Positions 1 through 10,504 of a DNA stretch of 54,458 bases are shown here, in pieces; position 1 is the stretch's first letter, and each line of letters begins with the position of its first letter. This DNA comes from an uncultured Candidatus Saccharibacteria bacterium (GTDB lineage: Bacteria; Patescibacteriota; Minisyncoccia; Phycocordibacterales; CSBR16-119). The stretch spans positions 1 to 54,458 of the forward strand of contig CAZBAG010000001.1 of the NCBI GenBank assembly GCA_964490365.1. The letters are read 5' to 3'. A program made the translations under genes and the position numbers. Under the pieces are notes generated by a model that was given only the letters and a program-made list of their open reading frames with translations, was not told the DNA's origin and ran no database searches.

Positions 1-833
1 ATACATCAATGCGTGTTGGTCACGGAAACCAAGGCCGAGTTATTTCTGTAAAAGTATTTTCACGAGAAAAAGGTCACCAACTTGAATCAGGAATTATTAA
101 AAAGGTTGTTGTAGAAGTTGCACAACTCCGAAATATTTCAGTTGGAGACAAGCTTGCGGGACGACACGGAAATAAAGGTGTTATCTCTACTATCTTACCT
201 GAAGAAGAAATGCCATATACAAAAGATGGAGAGCCGGTAGATGTAATTCTTACACCACTTGGTGTGCCGTCTCGTATGAACTTGGGACAAATTCTCGAGC
301 TTCACTTGGGACTTGCAGCGAATACGCTTGGGTACCAAGCAATCGTTCCACTCTTTGGTGGAGCAACTCCAGATGAAATTAAAACTGAACTTCGAACCGC
401 TGGTCTTCCAGAAGATGGACAAGTTCAGCTATACGATGGTCAAACCGGAGAAGCGTTTGAGCAAAAAACAGCAATGGGGTACATGTACATGATCAAGCTG
501 CACCACATGGTTGAAGATAAAGTGCACGCGCGTGCTATTGGTCCATACTCACTTATTACACAACAGCCGCTCGGAGGTAAAGCACAATCAGGAGGTCAAC
601 GATTCGGAGAAATGGAAGTGTGGGCTTTGGAAGGATACGGTGCTGCTCACGTGCTTCGAGAAATGCTTACGATTAAATCTGATGATATCTTAGGTCGATC
701 ATCTGCATTCGATTCAATTATCAAGGGAGAGAAGATTCAAGAACCAAATATCCCAGCGTCGTTTAAAGTGATGCTTAACTATTTGCGAGGTCTTGCTCTC
801 GATATTGATCTTGGAGGTCAAAAAGATAATTAA
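1..833 (+). CDS. rpoB: DNA-directed RNA polymerase beta subunit, C-terminal part (5' end lies upstream of window)
   Basis: Frame is open from base 3 to TAA at 831-833. Translation carries hallmark beta C-terminal motifs ([51 protein letters not shown]). rpoC follows 21 nt downstream. Confidence 0.96.
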   Translation, partial: TSMRVGHGNQGRVISVKVFSREKGHQLESGIIKKVVVEVAQLRNISVGDKLAGRHGNKGVISTILPEEEMPYTKDGEPVDVILTPLGVPSRMNLGQILELHLGLAANTLGYQAIVPLFGGATPDEIKTELRTAGLPEDGQVQLYDGQTGEAFEQKTAMGYMYMIKLHHMVEDKVHARAIGPYSLITQQPLGGKAQSGGQRFGEMEVWALEGYGAAHVLREMLTIKSDDILGRSSAFDSIIKGEKIQEPNIPASFKVMLNYLRGLALDIDLGGQKDN

Positions 834-854
834 TTGCTAACTATTTAACATTAT

Positions 855-3800
855 ATGAAAGTTTTAGACGAAAAAGATTTCGATAAAATATTGATCAAAC
901 TTGCTTCACCTGAGCGAATCAAGGATTGGTCATATGGAGAAGTCACAAAACCAGAAACTATCAACTACCGAACAGGCAGATCAGAACGCGGTGGTCTTTT
1001 TGACGAAAAGATTTTTGGACCAGAAAAAGATTACGAATGTTACTGTAAAAAATACCGAGGAGTAAAGTACAAAGGTATTGTCTGTGAAAAATGTGGTGTT
1101 GAGCTCACAAAATCTATTGTGCGACGAGACCGCATGGGTCACATTGAACTTGCGTCACCAGTGGCTCACATCTGGTTCCTTCGGGGTGTTCCATCTCGTA
1201 TGAGTATTTTGTTGAACATCGCTCTTACTGACCTTGAAAAGGTTGTGTACTTTGCTGGGTACATGATTCACAAAGTGAATGAAGATGAAAAAGCTCGTAT
1301 TCTGAAAGATCTTGAATCTGAATATAAACAAAAAGTGAAGTCTTCAAGTGACGACGCTACAAAAGAAAAACTGAAAGAGCTTTTTGCAAACACAAAGAGA
1401 GATCTCTCTGACTTACATCTTGGACGAGTATTAAATGAAATTGAATATCACCACTACTCACTGCGATATTCATCTGCATTTGAAGCGAGTATTGGAGCAG
1501 AAGCAATTTATAACATTTTTGCAAATCTTGATCTTCAAAAATTAAAAGCAGAAACAGAACGAATGCTCGAAAAAGCAGCAACGCTTGATAAAGTAAAACT
1601 CAAAAAGCGTCTTGGTCTTATTCGATCAATGATTCACTCAAATGTTCGTCCTGAATGGATGTTCTTGAAATCTCTTCCAGTGGTACCACCAGGACTTCGC
1701 CCTATGGTTGCTCTTGAAGGTGGACGACATGCAACATCGGATGTAAACGACTTGTACCGACGTGTGATCAACAGAAACAACCGTCTTCGAAAATTGATCG
1801 AGATTAATGCACCAGATGTTATCTTGCGAAACGAAAAAAGAATCTTGCAAGAAGCGGTTGATGCCTTGCTCGATAACTCGATTGCAAAATCAGATGCGGC
1901 AATGAATCAATCTCAACGACGCGCACTGAAGTCATTGTCAGACAACCTCAAATCAAAACAAGGATTGTTCCGACAAAATCTTCTTGGTAAACGAGTAGAC
2001 TACTCTGGACGTTCTGTGATCGTGGTTGGTCCTCAGCTTAAACTCAACCAATGTGGTCTTCCAAAGAAGATGGCCCTTGAGCTTTTCCGTCCATTTGTTA
2101 TTTCTAAAATCTTGGAACGAGAATTAGCATTTAACATTCGAGGAGCAAACAAGCTCATTGAAGAAGGTGTTGCAGAAGTATGGGCTATTCTTGAAGAAGT
2201 GATTCAAGGAAAATACGTAATGCTAAACCGAGCACCAACACTGCACCGACTTGGTATTCAAGCATTCAATCCAATTCTTATTGAAGGTAAAGCTATTCAA
2301 GTGCACCCTCTGGTGTGTACGGCGTTCAACGCTGACTTCGACGGAGACCAAATGGCGGTATACGTACCACTCGGTGAACCAGCCCAAGCTGAAGCACGAG
2401 AACTGATGGCTTCAAATAAAAACCTTTTGAAACCTCAAGACGGAAACCCAATTGTAAACCCAAAACAAGACATGGTGCTTGGTTGCTACTGGATGACAAA
2501 AGAAGTTCCAGGAGATATTGGAGAAGGAAGATATTTTGCGAGTCCAAACGAAGCAATGACTGCGTACGACTACGGACAAGTGTCATTCCGGTCAAAAATC
2601 AAAGTGCTTCCAACTGATTCACCTCGATATGGAAAATTCGAAGGTAAGATCTTTGAAACAACAGTTGGTCGTCTTATGTTTAACTCATCACTGCCAAAAG
2701 ATTTCCCATATGTGAATGAGCCAATGACACAAAAACGACTATCAGCCCTTGTTGATGAAGTAATCTATAAATATGGTGTAGATGAAACTCCATCCGTCTT
2801 GGATAAAATTAAAGAGTTCGGTTTCAAATATTCAACAAAATCAGGTATTACTTGGGGTATGGACAACGTAGTTGTTCCTGTGGAAAAGAAAGCCATCGTT
2901 GCAGCTGCCCGAGCGGAAGAAGCACAAGTAATCGAACAATACCGAGAAGGTCTTCTTTCAGAAGATGAAAAATATCTAAAAGTTATTTCAATTTGGGAAG
3001 GGGCAAAGCTCAAAATTCAAGAAGCTATTCCAGCTTCTATGAACCAACATGGTCCAGCTGCTGACATGATTAACTCTCAAGCGAGAGGTAGTATGGGTCA
3101 GTTAGTACAGATGGCAGGTATGAAAGGTTTGATGACAAACACAGTTGGTAGAATTATCGACTTCCCGATTGTGCCTTCATATAAAGAAGGTCTATCGCCG
3201 CTTGAATACTTTATTACAACTCACGGTTCTCGAAAGGGTCTTGCCGACACTGCGCTTAAGACAGCGTCTGCGGGGTACCTTACTCGACGACTTGTTGACG
3301 TGTCGCAAGACGTCGTGGTGACTGAAGTTGATTGTGCTACAAAAAATGGAAAAGTAGTTCGAGAAGAAAATATTTCTGGACTTATCATTCCATTGTCTAA
3401 AAATATTATGGGACGAACACTTGGTGAAGATTTGAAAGACGCTACTGGAAAAGTACTCTTCAAAAAGAATCACATTGTGACAAAAGAAGAATCAAAAATG
3501 ATTGAGTCACTTGGTGTGAAAGAAGTCTTCATTAAAACTCCTCTTACGTGTGAGACAGTCCACGGAGTATGTCAGTCATGTTACGGTCTTGACCTTGGAC
3601 GAAATCGACAAATTAATCTTGGAGAAGCTGTTGGTATTATCGCCGCACAAGCGATCGGTGAGCCAGGAACACAGCTTACACTACGAACGTTCCACGCCGG
3701 AGGTGTGGCAGGAGGATCAGATATTACACAAGGTCTTCCTCGAGTTGAAGAAGTATTCGAACGAAGAAATCCTAAAAACCCAGCTGTGGTAAACATGGTT

Positions 3801-4475
3801 GATGGACAAGTGCTTGAGATCAAAGGGGAAGGTAAAGAGCGCGTAATTACTGTTCTCTCGGATTCAAAAGGAGATGGAAAATCAAACACAATAGAATATC
3901 CAGTTGCACTTAAGAGAACGCCAATTGTTAAAAAGGGAGAAGTTGTAGTAAAGGGTCAACTTCTGACAGATGGTTCTGCAAAAATTACAGAAGTCTTCAA
4001 GTTCGGAGGTAAGGATATGGCAGAGAACTATATTATCGACGAAATTAACAAAGTGTATGAACTACAAGGTGCGCCAATTTCTCGAAAACACCTTGAAATC
4101 ATTGTTCGACAAATGTTCTCACGACGAAAGATTGTTGACGCTGGAGACACAACACTCTCACCAAACGATGTAGTAGAAAATATTGAATTGATTGAAGAAA
4201 ATATCCGAACGAAAGACGAAGGAGGAAAAGAAGCAAAAGCAGAGCTTGTGGTAGAAGGTATTTCTCAAGTATCACTCACCACAACATCATGGCTTTCTGC
4301 AGCGTCTTTCCAAAACACAAACCGAGTACTCATTAACAATGCAATACGAGGAGGAATAGATAATCTTCGAGGTCTGAAAGAAAACGTTATCATCGGACGA
4401 TTGATTCCAGCCGGAACAGGATTCCGTGGTGATTACCAAGACGTAGTAGAACCTGAAGAAGCAAAAGAAGAATAG
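855..4475 (+). CDS. rpoC: DNA-directed RNA polymerase beta' subunit
   Basis: 1206 aa. N-terminal Cys cluster (CYCKKY...CEKCGVE), catalytic NADFDGDQMAVYVP motif, GLADTALKTASAGYLTRRLVDV region. Canonical rpoB-rpoC order. Confidence 0.97.
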   Translation: MKVLDEKDFDKILIKLASPERIKDWSYGEVTKPETINYRTGRSERGGLFDEKIFGPEKDYECYCKKYRGVKYKGIVCEKCGVELTKSIVRRDRMGHIELASPVAHIWFLRGVPSRMSILLNIALTDLEKVVYFAGYMIHKVNEDEKARILKDLESEYKQKVKSSSDDATKEKLKELFANTKRDLSDLHLGRVLNEIEYHHYSLRYSSAFEASIGAEAIYNIFANLDLQKLKAETERMLEKAATLDKVKLKKRLGLIRSMIHSNVRPEWMFLKSLPVVPPGLRPMVALEGGRHATSDVNDLYRRVINRNNRLRKLIEINAPDVILRNEKRILQEAVDALLDNSIAKSDAAMNQSQRRALKSLSDNLKSKQGLFRQNLLGKRVDYSGRSVIVVGPQLKLNQCGLPKKMALELFRPFVISKILERELAFNIRGANKLIEEGVAEVWAILEEVIQGKYVMLNRAPTLHRLGIQAFNPILIEGKAIQVHPLVCTAFNADFDGDQMAVYVPLGEPAQAEARELMASNKNLLKPQDGNPIVNPKQDMVLGCYWMTKEVPGDIGEGRYFASPNEAMTAYDYGQVSFRSKIKVLPTDSPRYGKFEGKIFETTVGRLMFNSSLPKDFPYVNEPMTQKRLSALVDEVIYKYGVDETPSVLDKIKEFGFKYSTKSGITWGMDNVVVPVEKKAIVAAARAEEAQVIEQYREGLLSEDEKYLKVISIWEGAKLKIQEAIPASMNQHGPAADMINSQARGSMGQLVQMAGMKGLMTNTVGRIIDFPIVPSYKEGLSPLEYFITTHGSRKGLADTALKTASAGYLTRRLVDVSQDVVVTEVDCATKNGKVVREENISGLIIPLSKNIMGRTLGEDLKDATGKVLFKKNHIVTKEESKMIESLGVKEVFIKTPLTCETVHGVCQSCYGLDLGRNRQINLGEAVGIIAAQAIGEPGTQLTLRTFHAGGVAGGSDITQGLPRVEEVFERRNPKNPAVVNMVDGQVLEIKGEGKERVITVLSDSKGDGKSNTIEYPVALKRTPIVKKGEVVVKGQLLTDGSAKITEVFKFGGKDMAENYIIDEINKVYELQGAPISRKHLEIIVRQMFSRRKIVDAGDTTLSPNDVVENIELIEENIRTKDEGGKEAKAELVVEGISQVSLTTTSWLSAASFQNTNRVLINNAIRGGIDNLRGLKENVIIGRLIPAGTGFRGDYQDVVEPEEAKEE

Positions 4476-4520
4476 ATGTCTACAGCTTGATTATTAAAAT
4501 TAATTATTAAAGTCGCCCAC

Positions 4521-6227
4521 ATGTTTTCTCCCGTAGATCAAATTAAAGAGCGCCTAAGTATTGTTGACGTTGTGTCAATGTATGTAACGCTGACTCCTGC
4601 GGGAAAAAACTACAAAGGGAAATCTCCGTTTAAACAAGAGCGAACTCCATCGTTCTATGTTTCTCCGGAAAAAGGTCTGTATCATTGTTTCTCGACGGGC
4701 AAAGGTGGCGATATGTTCACCTTTGTCCAGGAGATGGAGGGATTAGATTTTAAAGGCTCTTTGAAAGTACTTGCGGATAAGGCAGGTGTGTCACTTCACA
4801 ACTTTAATCCAAAGCAAAAAGAAGAAAAAGATCGGCTCTATGAAGCGATGGAAGAGGCAACAAAAGTCTTCGAGGATTTCCTGGGAGCTAGAACAGATGT
4901 TATGGATTACATAACAGGAAGAGGAATTGAACAAAAGACAATCAAAGAATTTCGAATTGGATACGTACCCGAAGGATGGAGAAATTTGTACGATAAATTA
5001 CGCAATAAATTCTCCGATGCTGAATTGGTCAACATTGGACTCATTAAAAAAACTGAAAAAGGAGCATACGATACATTTAGGGATCGAATTATGTTTCCAA
5101 TCTGTGACTCTAGTGGACGAGTCATTGCATTCTCTGGAAGGATATTTAAAGATGATGGTGTCTCGGGTAAATATGTAAACAGTCCAGATACGCCACTCTT
5201 CAATAAGTCAGATGTGTTATTTGCAATCGATAAAGCAAAGAATTATATAAGAAAATATAATTTTACGACAATCGTCGAAGGGCAGTTTGATGTTATTGCA
5301 CTTCATCAGGCAGGGTTTCGAAATACAGTTGCTGTCTCGGGTACTGCCTTGGCCGACGGCTTAATGACAAAAGATAATCACATAAACAATCTCGGTATTA
5401 TAAAACGTCTTTCAAATAATTTAGTGCTTGCGTTCGATGCAGATACTGCTGGTGTGAATGCGGCGAAACGTTCAGCTCTTATTGGTATGTCTCTTGGTAT
5501 GGATGTAAAAATAGTTGATATTACGTCGGGCAAAGATCCTGCAGACTTCATTCAAAGCTCTGGTAAAGAGGCGTGGTCAAAATTATTAAAATCAGCTGAA
5601 CACATTATTCTTTTTTACGTCAAAAAAATTCAAGATACTGCGAAAGATGATAGAGAGGTTGGAAAACGAATTAAAGAAGAGGTGTTGCCACTCGTACAAG
5701 AACTTACCAGTGAGATTGAAAAAGCATTCTTCATTAAAAAAATTAGTGAGATGACGCGTATCTCAGAAAGCTATATTGCTTCTGACTTACGAAAAATCCC
5801 AGAACGTGTTCGTACGAGTGAAGAGTCTGTAAAGCCAACCCAGAATCCAGAGCAGACGTCTCATGATGGCGTGCTTGAAAAAGAGGTGTGGGGAATGTAC
5901 ATCGCAAATAATGCCTCAGAAAAAGTTCGTGAACGTATTATTCAAATTATTGGAAATGATGAATTTGCTCTTCTCGAGAAAAAATATAAAAACAAGGAAA
6001 GTGAATTTATTTTTAGTGATAAGGACTATAGCTTGGGAGAAGAGGAGTTGTTTAAAAATCTTAAAAATTACGTCATTCGTAAAAAGATTATCCTTCTGAA
6101 AGAGCATATTAAAGATGCGGAACGAGAGGGTGATGAGCAAAAAGCAGACAGCCTCACACAGGAATTACTGAGTCTAGGAAAAGAAAAAGACAGCATTAAT
6201 AATAGTCGTCACACGCTTAACAATTAA
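4521..6227 (+). CDS. dnaG: DNA primase
   Basis: 568 aa. Zinc-finger region (YHCFSTGKGGDMFTF), primase core (RIMFPICDSSGRVIAFSGR), TOPRIM motifs (IVEGQFDVIALHQAGF, AFDADTAG). Confidence 0.93.
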   Translation: MFSPVDQIKERLSIVDVVSMYVTLTPAGKNYKGKSPFKQERTPSFYVSPEKGLYHCFSTGKGGDMFTFVQEMEGLDFKGSLKVLADKAGVSLHNFNPKQKEEKDRLYEAMEEATKVFEDFLGARTDVMDYITGRGIEQKTIKEFRIGYVPEGWRNLYDKLRNKFSDAELVNIGLIKKTEKGAYDTFRDRIMFPICDSSGRVIAFSGRIFKDDGVSGKYVNSPDTPLFNKSDVLFAIDKAKNYIRKYNFTTIVEGQFDVIALHQAGFRNTVAVSGTALADGLMTKDNHINNLGIIKRLSNNLVLAFDADTAGVNAAKRSALIGMSLGMDVKIVDITSGKDPADFIQSSGKEAWSKLLKSAEHIILFYVKKIQDTAKDDREVGKRIKEEVLPLVQELTSEIEKAFFIKKISEMTRISESYIASDLRKIPERVRTSEESVKPTQNPEQTSHDGVLEKEVWGMYIANNASEKVRERIIQIIGNDEFALLEKKYKNKESEFIFSDKDYSLGEEELFKNLKNYVIRKKIILLKEHIKDAEREGDEQKADSLTQELLSLGKEKDSINNSRHTLNN

Positions 6228-6253
6228 TACAATAACGTTTATAGTACATATAT

Positions 6254-7537
6254 ATGGCAACAAAAAAGACATCAAAAAAGGTAGTCAAAAAGACAACAAA
6301 GAAGGCTCAACCAAAGAAGCCGGTCAAAAAAGTGTCGAAAAAGGCGCCTAAAAAAACTGTTAAAAAAGTGACAAAGAAGACGACAAAACCATCTCCACGC
6401 CCTGCGGCTAAAAAACAAAAGCTTGCTCCCGTAAAGAAAGCATCAGGCTCTAAAAAACCACCAACAAAAGCAGAAGCACAGCAGAAGCTTGCAGAAACAC
6501 TGATTGAAAAAGGGCGAAAAAGAGGATTCATAACCTACGATGAAATTCTTAAGACGTTTCCAAATATCGAAAACGATGTAATTTTCCTCGATGATTTATA
6601 CGCGCAATTTCTCGATGCGGGTATTGATGTGCTCGAAGGTGGAAACTTGCTCGACTTCGAAGACCCAAAAGACAAGATTGAAAAATATGCAAAAGATAAA
6701 AAGAGTCGAGACTCAATTCAAATGTATCTCAAAGAGATTGGTCAATATTCTTTGATTAAGGCATCGGAAGAGAAAGAGCTTGCAAAAAGAATTGAAGCAG
6801 GTGATGAAGAAGCAAAAAATCTTCTTGCTCGCGCAAACCTTCGTCTTGTGGTGTCTATTGCTAAAAAATATTCTGGACGAAGCCAGGACTTAACACTTCT
6901 TGATTTGATTCAAGAAGGAAATCTAGGACTTTTTAAAGCGGTAGAAAAATTTGATTGGTCAAAGGGCTTTAAATTCTCGACCTATGCAACCTGGTGGATT
7001 CGACAATCAATCACGCGAGCACTTGCTGACCAGTCTCGAACTATCCGTATTCCAGTGCACATGGTTGAAACGATCTCAAAATACAAACAAGTCTATCGAA
7101 GACTTTTCCAAGATCTTGGCCGTGAACCACTTGCCGAAGAAGTTGCAACAGAAATGGGTGTAGAAGTTGAAAAAATTCATGTGATTGAAAAAATCAGTCA
7201 GACAACTGCTTCTCTTGAAAAACCGATCAACGAAGACGAAGATAAATCAACACTTGGTGAATTTATCGCTGATGATAAAATTGCGAGACCAGACCAGGAT
7301 TCGGCACAACGAATACTTTCAGATCAAATTCGAGAAGTGTTAAATGAATTGTCTCCAAAAGAAAAGAAAATTTTAGAAATGCGCTATGGTCTTGAAGACG
7401 GTATCCAACATACGCTCGAAGAGGTCGGGCATGAGTTTGGTGTGACTCGTGAACGTATTCGACAAATCGAAGCTAAAGTTCATGAAAAGCTTCGCAATAA
7501 TGAAAAGATTGCACGACTCCGAAACTATTTTGATTAA
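6254..7537 (+). CDS. rpoD: primary (group 1) RNA polymerase sigma factor with Lys-rich N-terminal tail
   Basis: 427 aa. Sigma regions 1.2-4.2 are present ([63 protein letters not shown]). dnaG-rpoD linkage. The first 78 residues contain 30 Lys. Confidence 0.93.
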   Translation: MATKKTSKKVVKKTTKKAQPKKPVKKVSKKAPKKTVKKVTKKTTKPSPRPAAKKQKLAPVKKASGSKKPPTKAEAQQKLAETLIEKGRKRGFITYDEILKTFPNIENDVIFLDDLYAQFLDAGIDVLEGGNLLDFEDPKDKIEKYAKDKKSRDSIQMYLKEIGQYSLIKASEEKELAKRIEAGDEEAKNLLARANLRLVVSIAKKYSGRSQDLTLLDLIQEGNLGLFKAVEKFDWSKGFKFSTYATWWIRQSITRALADQSRTIRIPVHMVETISKYKQVYRRLFQDLGREPLAEEVATEMGVEVEKIHVIEKISQTTASLEKPINEDEDKSTLGEFIADDKIARPDQDSAQRILSDQIREVLNELSPKEKKILEMRYGLEDGIQHTLEEVGHEFGVTRERIRQIEAKVHEKLRNNEKIARLRNYFD

Positions 7538-7586
7538 TGTGTGGTATGCTATGAGTGGATCTTATTAGTATTTAATAAACACACTT

Positions 7587-7832
7587 ATGAAAAAAATTGC
7601 ATGGTGGTTGGTAATCATTGGAGGTCTTAACTGGGGACTCGTTGGACTAGGGGGATTATTCTTCGGGGGTGAAATTAACCTCGTTTCATTGATTTTCGGT
7701 ACATCTACGATTGCATATGTAGTGTACCTTCTCGTTGGACTCTGTACTGTCTACACTATTATCCGACACTGCGGATGTAAAAAGTGCATGAATGGCACTT
7801 GTGACGCACACAAGAAAGAAGGTCAAATGTAA
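7587..7832 (+). CDS. small two-TM membrane protein, DUF378-like, with Cys/His-rich tail
   Basis: 81 aa. WWLVIIGGLNWGLVG-type motif and two hydrophobic helices. C-terminal HCGCKKCMNGTCDAH. A strong terminator follows. Confidence 0.7.
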   Translation: MKKIAWWLVIIGGLNWGLVGLGGLFFGGEINLVSLIFGTSTIAYVVYLLVGLCTVYTIIRHCGCKKCMNGTCDAHKKEGQM

Positions 7833-7839
7833 TAGCTAG

Positions 7840-7875
7840 AAAAGCCGGGCAGGCTTCGCCTGCCCGGCTTTTCGT
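7840..7875 (+). terminator. intrinsic terminator
   Basis: AGCCGGGCAGG-CTTCG-CCTGCCCGGCT stem-loop followed by TTTTCGTT. Confidence 0.85.
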
Positions 7876-7935
7876 TGTAATATTGTTAAAAATGTCTTTT
7901 TGTGTTATAATAGAAAGACGTAGGAAAACATAAAA

Positions 7936-9186
7936 ATGCATAAATTTACCACCGTACTATTCTATATATTGGGCTTTATCTCCATGTATGTGCAGATCTT
8001 TTTTCTTATTACCTTTTTTGAAAAGAGAAAGACTATTCAATATCGAAAAGAGAAAATAAAACTTGAACGATACCCAACAATCACGGTTGCTGTGCCATGT
8101 TGGAATGAGCAAAACACCGTAGAAAAGACGCTCAAGTCTCTCCTTGAACTCGACTATCCAAAAGATAAAATTACCATCATTGCTGTTGATGACGGAAGTA
8201 CTGATAACACATGGGAAGTGCTCAAAAAGTTTGAAAAATATCCAAACATTAAAATCTTGAAAAAAGAAAACGGTGGTAAACACACTGCGGTAAATTATGC
8301 GATCGAAAATTCTGATTCAGAGTTTATTTCATGTCTCGATGCTGACTCATTTGTTGAGCCAGAAACGCTAAAGCGTATGATGACGTATTTCCTCAAAGAC
8401 GAAAACACAATGGCAGTTGCTCCGTCTATTTTGATTCACAATCCTAAGACAATGACCCAAACACTCCAACAAGTAGAATATAATTGGGCAGTGTTTATGA
8501 AAAAAATACTTGGGATTTTGGGCGGTATTTATGTAACTCCAGGACCTTTTTCAATATTTAGACGAAGAGTGTTTACTGATCTTGGGTTGTTCCGCAAAGC
8601 GCACAACACAGAAGATATGGAGATTGCATTTCGTATGCAGCAACACCACTATAAGATTGATCAGTGTAATGATGCCTATGTATACACAACGGGTCCACGA
8701 AATATACTCGCTCTCTACAAACAACGCCTCCGATGGATCTACGGATTCACGATGAACACCTATGACTATCGAAAACTTCTCTTTAAAAAAGAATATGGTT
8801 TCTTTTCGCTTGTGTCAGTGCCAGCAGGATTTGTGTCGATGGTAGCAGTGCCATACATTCTTGGACTATTACTTTTCCAGATTGTGAAAGGTGTTCTAAA
8901 GCTGATTGAAAAATACCAAACAGTTGGCTTTGATTTTGGATGGTCATTTGGTTGGCCAAATTTTGACACGTTTTTCTTGAACACCAATGCCTATGTATTT
9001 ACCGGCATCCTTCTGTACTTGCTTGTCATGTCGACAATCATTATCGGCCGACGTATGATTACCGGAAAATATCGATTCGACTTTAGAATTATTTACTTCA
9101 TGCTTGTCTTCAGTGTGATCGCTCCGTTTTGGGTGGTACGAGCACTCTATAATGCAGTATTTGCAAAAAAGACGGCTTGGAGGTAG
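7936..9186 (+). CDS. membrane-embedded processive family-2 glycosyltransferase (beta-polysaccharide synthase-like)
   Basis: 416 aa. N-terminal TM helix, GT-A motifs (VPCWNE, DDGSTDNT, LDADS, TEDMEIAFR), processive-synthase QxxRW motif (QRLRW), C-terminal TM bundle. Extended -10 TGTTATAAT at 7902-7910. Confidence 0.85.
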   Translation: MHKFTTVLFYILGFISMYVQIFFLITFFEKRKTIQYRKEKIKLERYPTITVAVPCWNEQNTVEKTLKSLLELDYPKDKITIIAVDDGSTDNTWEVLKKFEKYPNIKILKKENGGKHTAVNYAIENSDSEFISCLDADSFVEPETLKRMMTYFLKDENTMAVAPSILIHNPKTMTQTLQQVEYNWAVFMKKILGILGGIYVTPGPFSIFRRRVFTDLGLFRKAHNTEDMEIAFRMQQHHYKIDQCNDAYVYTTGPRNILALYKQRLRWIYGFTMNTYDYRKLLFKKEYGFFSLVSVPAGFVSMVAVPYILGLLLFQIVKGVLKLIEKYQTVGFDFGWSFGWPNFDTFFLNTNAYVFTGILLYLLVMSTIIIGRRMITGKYRFDFRIIYFMLVFSVIAPFWVVRALYNAVFAKKTAWR

Positions 9187-9197
9187 AGTATAACCCT

Positions 9198-9989
9198 ATG
9201 AAACGAGAACAACCAAACGACTGGAAAAAATACCTTATTGTATTCCTTATAACCGTGTTTATCTTTGCAACGGCTTTTTACCTATCTAATAATCTTAACA
9301 ATAAAAAGCTTGAAGAAATCCGTCAAATAGAAGACACCATTTCTATTGATATCTTGTCTCTTGAGACTCAATTTGACCTCTTTGAGCAGCTTTCTTGTGA
9401 AAATGTCACCGACTCTATTCTTTCGAAAGAGCTTGGAGAACTTGCAAGTCGAATTGAATATGGTGAAAATAATTTTGATAGTCTCAGTGAAGAACTTGTT
9501 GGGCTAAAGAAATATTATTCTCTCCTTCAAATTAAAGATTTCCTTTTGATGCAAAAAGCACGTGAACGATGTGATTTAAATATCGAATCAATTATCTACT
9601 TCTACGGACGAGAAGATTGTGATGATTGTCGTAAGCAAGGCTATGTTCTAACCGATGTTCGAAAAGACTATCCTGAAATCCGTGTATACTCGTTTGACTA
9701 CTATCTTGATGTCTCTGCAATTGAGGCAATTAAATCAATCTACAAAATTGATGAAAATCTTCCAGCACTTATCATCAACGGAAAAACATATAAAGGATTT
9801 AAAGATCGAGCAGAAATAGAAGCTATTATGCCTGAGCTTGTAAATATTAAAGAAAAGAGAGAAGCAGAGGCGAAAGCACTTCTTGATGCACAAGAAAAAG
9901 GAAAGTCAACAATCAAATCAACAAACTCAGTGCAAACAAGCAATGGTTCATCAACAGTAACTACAGATGCATCAACACAATCACAATAA
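9198..9989 (+). CDS. membrane-anchored protein with CxxC (thioredoxin-fold-like) segment and Ser/Thr-rich tail
   Basis: ATG at 9198; the track ORF starts at an upstream TTG that overlaps the GT2 stop. One N-terminal TM helix, a CDDC pair within an alpha/beta-looking segment. No family recognised with certainty. Confidence 0.55.
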   Translation: MKREQPNDWKKYLIVFLITVFIFATAFYLSNNLNNKKLEEIRQIEDTISIDILSLETQFDLFEQLSCENVTDSILSKELGELASRIEYGENNFDSLSEELVGLKKYYSLLQIKDFLLMQKARERCDLNIESIIYFYGREDCDDCRKQGYVLTDVRKDYPEIRVYSFDYYLDVSAIEAIKSIYKIDENLPALIINGKTYKGFKDRAEIEAIMPELVNIKEKREAEAKALLDAQEKGKSTIKSTNSVQTSNGSSTVTTDASTQSQ

Positions 9990-10338
9990 TATAAGCCCTG
10001 TTCTTCCACCGGGAAAGAAAAATTACCTCATCGATATCGATGGTACTATTTGCGACGATATTCCCAATGAAGAACCAGAGCGAATGGTAACAGCAGAAGA
10101 GTATGCCGGCGCCAAAGAAAAAATTAACGCTTGGTGCGATGAGGGTCATGTCATTACCTTCTTTACTTCTCGTACAAACAAAGATCACAGAGAGATTACA
10201 GAAAAGTGGCTCCGGGATCATGGGTTTAAATACCACGCGCTGTTAATGGATAAGCCTCGAGGAGGGAACTATCACTGGATTGATAATCATATTGTGGAAG
10301 GAATACTCTATAAAGATAATTGGAATGACATAAAATAA
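9967..10338 (+). CDS. small HAD-superfamily phosphatase-like protein
   Basis: 123 aa. DxDxT nucleophile motif (LIDIDGTI), FFTSR motif II, downstream K and D residues. Overlaps the preceding gene by 23 nt. Confidence 0.65.
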   Translation: MHQHNHNNISPVLPPGKKNYLIDIDGTICDDIPNEEPERMVTAEEYAGAKEKINAWCDEGHVITFFTSRTNKDHREITEKWLRDHGFKYHALLMDKPRGGNYHWIDNHIVEGILYKDNWNDIK

Positions 10339-10339
10339 T

Positions 10340-10369
10340 AAAACCCCTCGATAGGGGTTTTATTATTTT
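10340..10369. terminator. bidirectional intrinsic terminator shared by the HAD gene (+) and tRNA-Thr (-)
   Basis: AAAACCCC-TCGATA-GGGGTTTT hairpin, flanked by T-runs when read on either strand. Confidence 0.8.
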
Positions 10370-10444
10370 GGAGCCGTCTCGGAGATTCGAACTCCGGACC
10401 TACCGCTTACAAGGCGGTTGCTCTACCAACTGAGCTAAGACGGC
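10369..10444 (-). tRNA. tRNA-Thr (anticodon UGU), CCA encoded
   Basis: Reverse complement folds as a cloverleaf: acceptor GCCGTCT/AGACGGC, D-arm GCTC-AGTTGGTA-GAGC, anticodon loop CTTGTAA, T-arm CGGAG-TTCGAAT-CTCCG, 3' TCCA. Confidence 0.95.
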
Positions 10445-10469
10445 ATGTTTTCCTTTGAAAACTCTCTCT

Positions 10470-10497
10470 ATTTTATTTTTTTTCTGTATAAAGTCAA
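10470..10497 (-). promoter_or_regulatory. sigma70-type promoter for tRNA-Thr
   Basis: Minus strand reads TTGACT-16 nt-TAAAAT. The -10 ends about 25 nt upstream of the tRNA 5' end. Confidence 0.6.
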
Positions 10498-10504
10498 CCC
10501 TTGA

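Noticed and set aside
195-4173. Numerous 60-110-aa ORFs in other frames or antisense within rpoB and rpoC (e.g. 195-422, 1357-1581, 3192-3473, 3581-3889). The same kind of ORF occurs inside every long gene in the window.
   Set aside because: They lie entirely within strongly supported conserved genes, have no independent promoter or terminator signals, and have odd composition. These are typical shadow ORFs.
6307-6531. 74-aa minus-strand ORF opposite the 5' end of rpoD.
   Set aside because: It is an artefact of the AAR-rich (Lys) coding repeat, whose complement is Phe/Leu-rich and stop-free. It sits within a confidently called gene.
9177-9197. Upstream TTG start proposed by the ORF track for the CxxC membrane protein.
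   Set aside because: It overlaps the GT2 stop, and the first ATG (9198) gives a sensible N-terminus directly preceding the TM helix. The TTG extension adds only seven non-descript residues.
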